A DNA stretch of 64,000 nucleotides from positions 1,170,871 through 1,234,870 of the forward strand of contig NZ_LT599032.1 in assembly GCF_900079725.1 (NCBI RefSeq), written 5' to 3'. The stretch comes from an uncultured Dysgonomonas sp. (GTDB lineage Bacteria > Bacteroidota > Bacteroidia > Bacteroidales > Dysgonomonadaceae). The notes beneath the pieces are model-generated. The model was given only the letters and a program-made list of their open reading frames with translations, was not told the DNA's origin and searched no databases. Each line of letters opens with the position of its first letter. Position 1 is the stretch's first letter. The position numbers and the translations under genes were made by a program. Positions 18,807 through 28,715 of this stretch are shown piece by piece.

Positions 18807-19157
18807 ATGAAAGATAGATTATCCCCGATATTGTTCACTCTTATTATTTTGGCAATCGTCTTTGGTGTATAGTTTGCGGGAAACCGTCAGGGCTGGTTTC
18901 TCCGAAAAACAGCTGATGATTTCAGTATATGCTTCAATGTAAAGGATACTGTTATATCCATCCAAAGCAAGATTCCCGGATATGGAATTACAGGATGGAG
19001 CACAAGCAGGTATGACGACAACATACTCCATATCGACTTAAATGTATCCAGAGATCGCCAGAATGATATGACATTTAAGATAGACACGGTAAATGTTCAT
19101 CATCTCGAACTTTACGGTAAAATATACCATATCAAAGAGTTGCCCATCTGCCAATAG
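18807..19157 (+). pseudogene. 116-codon membrane-anchored/secreted protein gene with in-frame TAG at codon 22
   Basis: Hand translation MKDRLSPILFTLIILAIVFGV*FAGNRQGWFLRK...KELPICQ*; stop at 18870-18872; terminator-like hairpin follows at about 19180-19212. Confidence 0.6.
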
Positions 19158-19377
19158 CATTTGTGACTATATAATACTTAAAGCGCCAGATTTTGTTTAT
19201 GGGCGCTTTTTTTATATAACAAATACATTATTTTGTTAAAAAGAATAAAATAAGCCGACACTTAGTGATAAAAATATAATTATTACGACAAATTCGTAGA
19301 AGGTGGATCGATAAGTAAAATCAATTTATATCTTAGCCATCCCAAATTGAACTAAAAAAACATATAAAAACTTCTTT

Positions 19378-21888
19378 ATGAAAATCCGTATCCTGTTAAT
19401 TGCCCTGTTTATTACAGGTTTTTCAACTATGTCGGCCCAGACTAGTACCCCGACTGCCAATATCGTAAATGTTCTTGTGAAAGGGCAATTGGTAGACTCT
19501 CTTACAAATGAGACAGTGCCTTATGCCACAATTAAAATAACAGACAAAGGAGCTACTCCTCAATTGCTAAAAGCTGTGGCCAGTGACGACAACGGAAAGT
19601 TTCAGCTGACTATGAACAAAAAAGGCGAGTTTCTTTTCACAGCCGAATTTATCGGAAAAAAAACGGTTACAAAAACGATTGAAATCGGAAATGCAAAAAC
19701 ACTCGATCTAGGCACAATCCTTATGCCTGATGATGCCCAGGCTCTGTCGGAGGTGGTCATATCGGCTCAGAAACCGCTAGTGAAGGTAGATTTGGACAAA
19801 ATCACGTATAGTATGGAAGATGATCCGGAAGCTAAAACCAACAACGTGCTGGATATGTTGAAGAAAGTCCCTATGGTAACTGTAGACGGAGAAGAAAATA
19901 TACAACTCAAAGGCTCCTCTAATTATAAAATATACCTCAACGGCAAACCCTCGAATATGATCACAAGCAATCCGAAAGATGTATTGCGCAGTATGCCGGC
20001 GAGTTCTATAAAGGATATAGAAGTTATTACCGACCCGGGGGCAAAATATGATGCGGAAGGCGTTGCCGGGATTATTAATATTATAACCCAGAAAAACACA
20101 TCGATGGGTGGCTATACCGCTACATTAAACGGACGTGTAGATGATCTGGGCGGATTCGGTGCTGGCGCTTACCTACAGTTGAAACAAGGAATCGTAGGCT
20201 TTACCGGAGGATACAATTATTATGAATATAAACGCCCTAAAGGTGAATCATCCTTCTATCGGGAAAACTTTAAGAATGATGACTTCAAATATTTATCTCA
20301 AACCGGGTTCTCTAAAAATAATGGAAACGGACAATATGGAAACGGTGAACTCAGCTTCGAATTAGACACACTTAACCTTATCAATGTAGGCTTTAATCGT
20401 TACTTTGGAGAAGGAAAATCAACGAACGAACAAATTGCGGAGATGCTGAAAAATGACCGTACTCCACAATATAAATATGAACTCGACAGCCGCTCTAAAC
20501 AAAACTATGGAGGAACGGATGTTAATGTAGATTACCAGCGTACCTTTAAGAAAAAAGATCAATTATTCACTGCTTCATACAGGTTCAGTCTTAGCCCGAA
20601 CGATAGTAAATCAGACAACTCGGTAAATCACATAAATGGTACTCTTCCGGAAACAGCAGAAACGAACAATCAGTTTACCGACGCTGATATGAAAGAGCAT
20701 ACCTTTCAAACCGATTTTGTCACACCATTCGGAAAGATTCATAATTTAGAGGCCGGTGTAAAATATATCATACGTCTCAATCAGAGTAACAGTGGCTATG
20801 ACTTTCTCAATGCAGACGGAGATTGGGTTAATAAGCCACAGATGTACGATAAATTCAAACACGAGCAAGATATTCTTGCTGCATACGGAGGTTACAGTGC
20901 AAAATTCCAAAAATGGGGAGTGAAAACAGGCTTGCGCTACGAAGCCACATGGTTGGAAGCTAAGTTTCCGAAAGATGAAAGCAAAAATTTTAAAAACGAT
21001 TACTCAAATCTGGTTCCGTCGGCGACAATTACCTATCAGCTCAAACCTACGCAAAACATCCGCTTTGGCTACAATATGCGTATACAACGCCCGGGTATTT
21101 ATCAACTAAATCCATATGAAGATACATCTAACCCTAATAATATCAGAATTGGTAATTCATCTCTGGACGCGGTTAAAAACCATAATTTAAGTATAAACTT
21201 CGGATCTTTCAGCAGAACACTGAACCTCAATCTGAATATGTCCTATGATTTCGAAAATAATGGTATTGAAAGTATTACTACTCTCAGCAATGATGTTGCA
21301 ACTACTACATATGAAAATATAGGGGAACGAAAAAATTTCGGACTTTCGGGATATGTGAATTGGAGTCCTAATGATAAAATACGCATATACAGCAATATGT
21401 CGGGAAGATATGTAGATATTAAGTCCAACAGCAATTCATTATCAAATACAAAAATGAGTAACAGTGGATTTACCGGGAACATTTTTGCCGGAGGACAATA
21501 TTCATTCCCGCTTAATTTTAAAGCGTATATAAATACAGGCTATTTTAGTCGTCAGATCAGCCTGCAAGGGGAAGGCCCTTCTTTCTTCTTTCACAGCTTA
21601 TCTTTCTCTAAAGGTTTCATGAATGATAAATTGCAATTCCGAGCCTATGCCCAGAATCCATTCAAGAAGGACAATGAGTTTAAGAATATAACACGCAACG
21701 ACGACTTCTACTCCGAATCTTTAAGTACCGGCAGGATGCGCCAATTCGGCGTTTCTGTCTCGTTCCGATTCGGAGAGATGAAAGCCCAGATAAAGAAAGC
21801 TCAGCGAAGCATCAATAATGATGATAATATGGGTGGCGGACAAGGTAATCAGGGTGGTCAAGGCGGACAAGGAGGCGGACAGAATTAG
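19378..21888 (+). CDS. TonB-dependent receptor / outer-membrane beta-barrel protein
   Basis: Signal peptide, CarboxypepD_reg-like N-domain, plug (LKKVPMVTVD...IEVITDPGAKYDAEG.AGIINIIT), barrel ending VSVSFRFG. Confidence 0.9.
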   Translation: MKIRILLIALFITGFSTMSAQTSTPTANIVNVLVKGQLVDSLTNETVPYATIKITDKGATPQLLKAVASDDNGKFQLTMNKKGEFLFTAEFIGKKTVTKTIEIGNAKTLDLGTILMPDDAQALSEVVISAQKPLVKVDLDKITYSMEDDPEAKTNNVLDMLKKVPMVTVDGEENIQLKGSSNYKIYLNGKPSNMITSNPKDVLRSMPASSIKDIEVITDPGAKYDAEGVAGIINIITQKNTSMGGYTATLNGRVDDLGGFGAGAYLQLKQGIVGFTGGYNYYEYKRPKGESSFYRENFKNDDFKYLSQTGFSKNNGNGQYGNGELSFELDTLNLINVGFNRYFGEGKSTNEQIAEMLKNDRTPQYKYELDSRSKQNYGGTDVNVDYQRTFKKKDQLFTASYRFSLSPNDSKSDNSVNHINGTLPETAETNNQFTDADMKEHTFQTDFVTPFGKIHNLEAGVKYIIRLNQSNSGYDFLNADGDWVNKPQMYDKFKHEQDILAAYGGYSAKFQKWGVKTGLRYEATWLEAKFPKDESKNFKNDYSNLVPSATITYQLKPTQNIRFGYNMRIQRPGIYQLNPYEDTSNPNNIRIGNSSLDAVKNHNLSINFGSFSRTLNLNLNMSYDFENNGIESITTLSNDVATTTYENIGERKNFGLSGYVNWSPNDKIRIYSNMSGRYVDIKSNSNSLSNTKMSNSGFTGNIFAGGQYSFPLNFKAYINTGYFSRQISLQGEGPSFFFHSLSFSKGFMNDKLQFRAYAQNPFKKDNEFKNITRNDDFYSESLSTGRMRQFGVSVSFRFGEMKAQIKKAQRSINNDDNMGGGQGNQGGQGGQGGGQN

Positions 21889-21910
21889 TCGGCATCTTAA
21901 TTAATATATC

Positions 21911-21942
21911 AGAGGCTTTTCAGATGAGAAAAGCCTCTTTTT
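21911..21942 (+). terminator. Intrinsic terminator
   Basis: AGAGGCTTTTC-agatga-GAAAAGCCTCT-TTTT. Confidence 0.8.
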
Positions 21943-22070
21943 GTTTTATTACAAATCAAAAACCGATTTTTCATTTGTAATAAAAATAATAAATATTACA
22001 TTTATACACAAACAGAGACTATATACATATATAGAAACATAAAAATAATCTGATTCACAAATATAAACAT

Positions 22071-22856
22071 ATGGTTATAAATAGAGATAGAACGAATATA
22101 TCGATGATTACCAAAGCGATGGAGTTGTTAGAATCCCTATCGAAGTATCCTAAAGGATTAACTCTGCAGGAGATAGTAGGTGTCCTCAATTATCCCAAAT
22201 CATCAATATACAAAATAGCTACCAATCTTCTCCTACTGGGTTATATAGGCCGTGAACCGGACAGTCTCCGTTATTTTCTGTCTCACAAATTGCTATTGCT
22301 TGGACTGACCGCTGTCAGCAGTTACGACATTATAGAAAAATCGGAAGAATATATGAAACGGTTGCGAGACAAGGTGGGCGAATCAGTCATGATAGGAACA
22401 CTTTTGGATACAGAAGTAGTTCTGATAAAACAAGTACAAGGTAACCTCGATTTCGTATTTACCCTACAACAGGGAATGCGGTTCAATCTACATTCGACTG
22501 CCCCGGGCAAAGTCCTGTTAGCCTTTATGCCTGAGAAAGACCAAAAAGAGAAGCTTTCGGAAATCCATTTCGAAGCACATAACGAATATACCATCACAGA
22601 GAAAGGCCTATTAAAGAAGGAACTCGACAAAATTGTTACAGACGGATATGCCCTCGACCTGAATGAAACAGTAAAAGGAGTACATTGTATCGCCGCACCC
22701 ATCTTCGACGAACGGGGCAATGCAATCGCCTGCATATGGACATCAGGCCCGGCAGGACGGCTATCACAAGACAAAGTCAGAAGCGTAGGTTTGCAGACTC
22801 GTAATGCAGGGTTGGAAATATCCCAAAACATCGGCTATAAACATAAATTAAAATAG
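22071..22856 (+). CDS. IclR-family transcriptional regulator
   Basis: N-terminal wHTH; LHSTAPGKVLLA, GYALDLNE...CIAAPIFD. Confidence 0.92.
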   Translation: MVINRDRTNISMITKAMELLESLSKYPKGLTLQEIVGVLNYPKSSIYKIATNLLLLGYIGREPDSLRYFLSHKLLLLGLTAVSSYDIIEKSEEYMKRLRDKVGESVMIGTLLDTEVVLIKQVQGNLDFVFTLQQGMRFNLHSTAPGKVLLAFMPEKDQKEKLSEIHFEAHNEYTITEKGLLKKELDKIVTDGYALDLNETVKGVHCIAAPIFDERGNAIACIWTSGPAGRLSQDKVRSVGLQTRNAGLEISQNIGYKHKLK

Positions 22857-22865
22857 AATAATAAG

Positions 22866-23513
22866 ATGAAAAAAGTTATCATTTGCCTTCTGGCAATTGT
22901 CTCAGTTCAGTCAGCAATGGCTCAAAGCCTCGAAAAGATGCAATGGTTCAACGAACCCGAAAAATGGGAAGTAAAGAATAATACATTAAGTATGTTCGTT
23001 ACTCCGCAAAGCGATTACTGGCGTATCTCGCATTATGGCTTCACAGTAGATGACGCACCTTTTTACTATGCAACCTATGGCGGTGAATTCGAGGTGAAAG
23101 TAAAAATCACAGGCGATTATAAAGCCCGATTCGACCAGATGGGGCTAATGCTTCGTATAGACCATGAAAATTACATAAAAGCAGGTGTGGAATTTGTTGA
23201 TGGGAAGTTTAATCTGAGTACGGTCGTTACTCACAAAACAAGCGACTGGAGTGTTATTACATTGGATAATACACCTTCATTTGTCTGGATCAAAGCAGTA
23301 AGAAGGCTCGATGCCGTGGAAGTTTTCTATTCCTTCGATGACAAAACTTATACAATGATGCGCAATGCCCATCTGCAAGACAATATCCCCGTTATGGTGG
23401 GACTAATGGCGGCATGCCCGGATGGGAAAGGCTTCGACGCTAAATTCGAAAATTTCAAAGTTACTCATTTGCCGGATCAGCGGCGTTTGCAATGGCTAAA
23501 GAACAATCAATAA
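22866..23513 (+). CDS. DUF1349 domain protein (ConA-like fold)
   Basis: WFNEP, SDYWRISHYGF, FDQMGLMLR, SDWS, VGLMAACP. Confidence 0.85.
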   Translation: MKKVIICLLAIVSVQSAMAQSLEKMQWFNEPEKWEVKNNTLSMFVTPQSDYWRISHYGFTVDDAPFYYATYGGEFEVKVKITGDYKARFDQMGLMLRIDHENYIKAGVEFVDGKFNLSTVVTHKTSDWSVITLDNTPSFVWIKAVRRLDAVEVFYSFDDKTYTMMRNAHLQDNIPVMVGLMAACPDGKGFDAKFENFKVTHLPDQRRLQWLKNNQ

Positions 23514-23546
23514 CAAAATGGGGCGATAATATTCGTCCCTTTTTAT

Positions 23547-24668
23547 TTAGGCAAGAGCATACATATTGCCCGGCAGATTCTTTATCAGTCCTTTCATTTC
23601 CAATTCCAGAAGAGTGGTAAACAATTGATATGCCGGAATATTCAGTTCTCTGGCCAGTTGGTCTATATGTATCGAATCTGTTGTGGCCAGTTTATCTGCA
23701 ATGACCTTTTCTTCGTCTGTCAGAACGACAAACAGGTCTTGCTGACGCGGCATTTTCTTCTTTTTCTGCGATGCATCGTCCCAACCCATTTGCTGAAGGA
23801 AATATTCTGTCGATTGGAACAAATCCGCTTTGTGCGAAGCTATCAGCTTATTGCATCCACGCGAATACCTGTCCGACATCCGGCCGGGTACAGCGAATAT
23901 ATCTTTACAGTACGAGCCGGCAATCTCAGCAGTTATCAGAGAGCCTCCTTTTTCGTCCGATTCCACAACTATAACAGCATCTGCCATACCTGCCACAATA
24001 CGGTTTCGGCGAACAAAGTTATAACGGTCGGGCTCGGTCTTGCTCGGAAAATCGGAAAGTAACCCTCCCTTTTCTAACATGTCAACTGCTGTTTGCCTAT
24101 GTACAGCCGGATAAATCATATCCAGGCCATGTGCAAGCACTCCCACAGTGGACAGGTTATATTTGAGAGCAGCTCTGTGGGCATGTATATCTATCCCATA
24201 AGCAAGCCCGCTAACAATAAGTGTATCGGGTAATACTGCGGATATCTTTTCTAAAAATACATCGCAAAAGCTATTGCCATAATTCGTTGAATTGCGGGTA
24301 CCAACAATGCTTATTACCTTGTCTGCATTAAAATCAGCTTTCCCTTTGAAATAAAAGAGTACCGGAGCATCGGCACAATCTTTCAGACGGTAGGGGTAAT
24401 CTTTATCACTGATAAAGTAGGTAGAAATACCATTCTTTTCTACAAATTCAAGTTCTTTCTCTGCCCTATTCAATACTTCCGGATTTAATATCTCTCCAAC
24501 AAGTTTGGGCGGAAGTCCCTGAATACTTAATAGTGATTTTCTGCCCGATCTGAATATTGCTTCTTCATCACCTAGCACCTGCAGCAGATTACGCGCAGTA
24601 ATATCACCCACCCCTAATATCCGGGTAAGGGCAATCTGATAAAGACGCTTATCAGCAGATATACTCAT
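23547..24668 (-). CDS. dprA: DNA-processing protein DprA
   Basis: SIVGTR, VSGLAYGIDIHAH, FVRRNRIVAG, GGSLITA, FAVPGR, C-terminal wHTH. Confidence 0.95.
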   Translation of the reverse strand: MSISADKRLYQIALTRILGVGDITARNLLQVLGDEEAIFRSGRKSLLSIQGLPPKLVGEILNPEVLNRAEKELEFVEKNGISTYFISDKDYPYRLKDCADAPVLFYFKGKADFNADKVISIVGTRNSTNYGNSFCDVFLEKISAVLPDTLIVSGLAYGIDIHAHRAALKYNLSTVGVLAHGLDMIYPAVHRQTAVDMLEKGGLLSDFPSKTEPDRYNFVRRNRIVAGMADAVIVVESDEKGGSLITAEIAGSYCKDIFAVPGRMSDRYSRGCNKLIASHKADLFQSTEYFLQQMGWDDASQKKKKMPRQQDLFVVLTDEEKVIADKLATTDSIHIDQLARELNIPAYQLFTTLLELEMKGLIKNLPGNMYALA

Positions 24669-25340
24669 TTATAAAGTTTCAGACAGGTTTTCTAATATCA
24701 TGCCATCCTTCATATGGATGGTGCGGTCAGTTATAGAGGCCAGGTGCTCGTCATGCGTTACAATAACGAAAGTCTGACCAAGCGTATCACGTAGTTTGAA
24801 AAACAATTGATGTAGTTCATCTTTATTTTCAGTATCAAGACTACCCGAAGGCTCATCTGCAAGTATCACAGCCGGATCATTAATCAGCGCACGCGCAACG
24901 GCTACCCGCTGTTTTTCCCCTCCCGACAACTCATTTGGCTTATGTTCCATACGAAGCGATAGCCCGAGCATATCCAGAAGTTCTTTCGCTTTGGCTTTGG
25001 CTTGCGATTCCTTAACTTTACCTATAAGGGCGGGGATCATTACATTTTCCAATGCCGTAAATTCCGGTAACAGTTGGTGAAACTGAAATACAAATCCGAT
25101 ATTTTTGTTACGAAAATCCGAAAGACGGGAATCATTCAGCCTGCTCAGATTCTCATTATTAATATAAACAGTTCCGCTATCAGCCTTATCCAACGTCCCC
25201 ATGATTTGCAGAAGAGTGGTTTTACCTGCACCACTGGCACCTACTATCGATATTATCTCTCCTTTTTCTACACGGAGGTCTATCCCTTTCAATACTTTGA
25301 GAGAACCAAAACTTTTGGTAATTCCTTCGACTGCGATCAT
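24669..25340 (-). CDS. lolD: ABC transporter ATP-binding protein (LolD-like)
   Basis: [51 protein letters not shown]. Confidence 0.8.
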   Translation of the reverse strand: MIAVEGITKSFGSLKVLKGIDLRVEKGEIISIVGASGAGKTTLLQIMGTLDKADSGTVYINNENLSRLNDSRLSDFRNKNIGFVFQFHQLLPEFTALENVMIPALIGKVKESQAKAKAKELLDMLGLSLRMEHKPNELSGGEKQRVAVARALINDPAVILADEPSGSLDTENKDELHQLFFKLRDTLGQTFVIVTHDEHLASITDRTIHMKDGMILENLSETL

Positions 25341-25358
25341 CTGTTTGCTCTTTTAAAG

Positions 25359-25400
25359 AAAAGGCTACACAAAACATTTTTCTTTCATGTAGCCCTTTTT
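25359..25400 (-). terminator. Hairpin/terminator after ugd
   Basis: AAAAGGCTACA...TGTAGCCTTTT inverted repeat. Confidence 0.6.
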
Positions 25401-25416
25401 ATTTTCTATTTGGTTA

Positions 25417-26736
25417 CTAAATGCCTATTCCGAAATAATCGAATCCGGCATCATTCATTTCCTGCTTATTATAGATATTACGCCCGTCAAAAACGACAGG
25501 CTTATTCATTGTTTTCTTGATAACCTCCCAAGTAGGCAAACGGAATTCGTTCCATTCTGTTACCATAAGTATAGCATCTGCATCAAGTGTTGCATCATAA
25601 ATATCTTTTGCATACACGATAGTATCCCCGAGTCTCTGATGTTTCGCCTCTTCCATCGCTACCGGATCATACGCCCTTATTTTACCTCCCGCTTTCAATA
25701 TTTTATCTATCAGCACAAGAGACGGGGCTTCTCGCATATCATCTGTTTTGGGCTTGAAAGCCAATCCCCATACAGCTATGGTTTTCCCTTTGATATCACC
25801 ATTGTAATATTTCATTAACTTATCAAAAAGAATATTTTTCTGGCGTTCATTTACATTTTCCACTGCCTCAAGTATTTCCATTTTATACCCGAGTTTATTC
25901 GCTGTTTTTATAATCGCTTTCACATCCTTAGGAAAACAACTGCCTCCATATCCACAACCGGAATACAAGAATTTAGAGCCTATACGGACATCCGAACCGA
26001 TACCTTTACGTACCATATTTACATCTGCTCCCACAATTTCGCAAAGATTTGCTATATCATTCATAAAACTGATACGCGTAGCGAGCATTGCATTAGCGGC
26101 ATACTTAATCATCTCTGCAGAAGGAATATCGGTATAAATTATACGGTAATTATTCAATGTAAATGGCTTATATAGCCTTTCCATCAGTTTTTGAGCTTCT
26201 TCCGATTCTACGCCCACAACTACCCGGTCGGGCTGCATAAAGTCTGTTATAGCTGCTCCTTCTTTCAGAAATTCAGGATTAGAAGCCACATCGAACTTCA
26301 AGTCGGATAAACCTCTTTTATCCAGTTCTTCTTGTATAGTCTTTTTTACCAATTTGGCTGTCCCTACGGGTACAGTACTTTTGGTAACAATCACCATATA
26401 CTTATTTAGGTTTTTCCCTACCGTACGGGCAACTTCAAGTACATACTTAAGATCTGCACTGCCATCTTCGTCAGGAGGAGTACCCACAGCTGAAAACACA
26501 ATATTAACATCGTTAAGAATTGCACTCAGGTCAGTAGTAAAATGTAAACGCCCTGCTTTATGATTACGTTCCACCATTTCATCCAGTCCGGGTTCAAAGA
26601 TAGGTATGACACCATTCTTCAGATTTTCAATCTTTTTTTGGTCAATATCGACACAATAAACTTCTGTACCCATCTCTGCAAAACAAGTCCCCGTAACAAG
26701 ACCCACATACCCCGTACCAACAATTGCTATTTTCAT
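25417..26736 (-). CDS. ugd: UDP-glucose 6-dehydrogenase
   Basis: GTGYVG, KSTVPVGT, SNPEFLKEG, GYGGSCFPKD, GLAFKPKTDDMRE. Confidence 0.95.
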   Translation of the reverse strand: MKIAIVGTGYVGLVTGTCFAEMGTEVYCVDIDQKKIENLKNGVIPIFEPGLDEMVERNHKAGRLHFTTDLSAILNDVNIVFSAVGTPPDEDGSADLKYVLEVARTVGKNLNKYMVIVTKSTVPVGTAKLVKKTIQEELDKRGLSDLKFDVASNPEFLKEGAAITDFMQPDRVVVGVESEEAQKLMERLYKPFTLNNYRIIYTDIPSAEMIKYAANAMLATRISFMNDIANLCEIVGADVNMVRKGIGSDVRIGSKFLYSGCGYGGSCFPKDVKAIIKTANKLGYKMEILEAVENVNERQKNILFDKLMKYYNGDIKGKTIAVWGLAFKPKTDDMREAPSLVLIDKILKAGGKIRAYDPVAMEEAKHQRLGDTIVYAKDIYDATLDADAILMVTEWNEFRLPTWEVIKKTMNKPVVFDGRNIYNKQEMNDAGFDYFGIGI

Positions 26737-26965
26737 TAATGATAAATTTTATTTTTGCGTTTTATAAATACTTGTGATAATATATAAACTTAATCGGTTT
26801 GATTTTCTGGCACAAAGATAATATATTTTTAGTAAATACATACGCATAAGCATTAATGTGCAAATCCAATTAGAAAATCTTAGACATTATCAGATTAGAG
26901 AACACCCCCTTCGCAACCATTTACATAACCAATTAACTACCAACCATTTTTACCGAATAATTAAA

Positions 26966-27335
26966 AAAAGGTAACAAAGGTAACAGTTTTTGTTCTTTAT
27001 GCCCTTTGTGATTTTCTTCGTGTACTTAGTGGTTAAATCTCTTTACCACAAGGAACACAAAGTGTTACACAAAGAATACTTTTTTCAGCAAACAGTTAGC
27101 AGTAAACAATCAACAATTAGAACTCCTTTATACTTATTACTCAATACTTACTACTTTGAAAAGGTAACAACCAACGGTCACAGGAGCGTAGCGTATGTAA
27201 AGGTTACACTTTTTTACTTATTACTTCTACCCTCTCTGTAAGTCCCCTTTGGGGGATTTAGGGGGCTGTTCATTCTTTCAAAGAACTATTCACTAATATC
27301 TAAAAACTATCAGCCACCGGTATAGATAAAGTTTT
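26966..27335 (+). repeat. Dispersed GGTAACAAAGGTAACA cassette (copy B)
   Basis: Colinear with 17784-18117: doublet, CTTTGTG/CACAAAG hairpin, heptamers, second doublet with 30-bp insert, CCCC/GGGG REP, TCAAAGAACTA...TATAGATAAAG. Confidence 0.8.
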
Positions 27336-27440
27336 CAAACACTTATTCGCTTTATCGATGAATATTCCAACAAAATAAATAAACAGAAACAAATTAATTA
27401 TCTTTGCACAAAATAATCTCCGATATCACTTATACTAAAA

Positions 27441-28469
27441 ATGGAATACAGATTAAATAAATATATCAGCAACTCCGGATTCTGCTCCCGACGCGAAGCC
27501 GACCGATTCATAGAAGAAGGCCGTGTGACCATCAATGGTAAACGCGCCCAAGTGGGAATGCGGGTTCTGCCGGGGCAGAAAGTGAAGGTAAACGGAGAAC
27601 TCATCGTTAATAAAATCGAGCCGGTGTACATCGCTTTCAACAAGCCGGTAGGTATCGTCAGCACTACCGACCCGCAGGAAAGGGATAACATTATTAATTT
27701 CATCCGGCACGAACAACGGATATTTCCTATCGGACGACTTGATAAAGATTCTCAGGGGTTAATCCTGTTAACTAATGATGGTGACATCGTAAATAAAATA
27801 TTGCGTGCAGGAAACAATCATAAAAAAGATTACCTTGTAAAAGTAAACCGCCCTATTACAAAAGACTTTCTTACACGCATGGCACAGGGCGTGCCTATAC
27901 TGGACCGCGTTACCCGCCGATGCGAAATAGTAGAGATAAACCCTTACATGTTTCGCATATCGCTTATACAGGGACTAAACAGGCAGATCAGACGTATGTG
28001 CGAATATTTCGACTATGAGGTACTCAAACTGGAACGCATACAGATAATGAATATCAAACTCGGCGATCTGGGACAAGGCAACTGGCGCAACCTGACACAG
28101 ACTGAGCTGGAAGGACTTTTCGATATGCTGGAAAACTCCGAAAAAACTCAGACGGCTAAGGCTCCGAGTAATAAGGCTTTTAATAAAGCCCTTGAAGAAT
28201 TCGATATAAAGACTGATTACAGAAAAGCCAGCATTGCTGCAAAGTATGGAAAAACTGACAAAGTAAATAAACCTAGTAGTACCAATAAAAAGACTTCAAA
28301 TATCCCTGCTGCCCCCTCTGACGAAAGTGAACAAAAGGCAAAACCCAAACGAAAAGGCAAACCTGCCAGCGGACTACGTGTAGGCAAGCAAAAAGTAGCT
28401 GCGAACAAACCAAAAGGGGGATCAAAACCGAAACCAAAGAGCAAATCTAAAAAGAAACCTCTGAACTAG
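27441..28469 (+). CDS. rluF: 23S rRNA pseudouridine synthase F with Lys-rich tail
   Basis: S4 domain [62 protein letters not shown]. Confidence 0.9.
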   Translation: MEYRLNKYISNSGFCSRREADRFIEEGRVTINGKRAQVGMRVLPGQKVKVNGELIVNKIEPVYIAFNKPVGIVSTTDPQERDNIINFIRHEQRIFPIGRLDKDSQGLILLTNDGDIVNKILRAGNNHKKDYLVKVNRPITKDFLTRMAQGVPILDRVTRRCEIVEINPYMFRISLIQGLNRQIRRMCEYFDYEVLKLERIQIMNIKLGDLGQGNWRNLTQTELEGLFDMLENSEKTQTAKAPSNKAFNKALEEFDIKTDYRKASIAAKYGKTDKVNKPSSTNKKTSNIPAAPSDESEQKAKPKRKGKPASGLRVGKQKVAANKPKGGSKPKPKSKSKKKPLN

Positions 28470-28518
28470 AGTCATTTTCTTTTATAGTTTAATTTAGGAT
28501 AAATACATCAAAATCCAG

Positions 28519-28597
28519 ATATTGTGGGCAGGGGCGAAAAATCTTTCGCCCGCAGATTTCTTTCATTCCGGGCGAATGTTATTCACCCCTACAATAT
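28519..28597. repeat. GTAGGGGCG-type REP doublet
   Basis: ATATTGTGGGCAGGGGCGAAAAATCTTTCGCCC...GGGCGAATGTTATTCACCCCTACAATAT. Confidence 0.6.
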
Positions 28598-28715
28598 ACC
28601 CTGACAATGATTATATTTTTGACTCCTTTACCTTAAATATTTATATTATTTATAATTCTTTTCACTACCTTTGTATGCCTATTAAAAAGTCAATTTATTA
28701 ACTTGAAATAAAAAT

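Noticed and set aside
21830..21888. GGQ repeat tail of the TonB-dependent receptor as a contingency repeat
   Set aside because: Codons are varied, so it is not a slippage-prone DNA repeat; Gly-rich tails are ordinary in this family
26990..27241. 83-aa ORF in the ORF track
   Set aside because: Lies entirely within repeat cassette B, starts at TTG, and is not preserved in copies A or C
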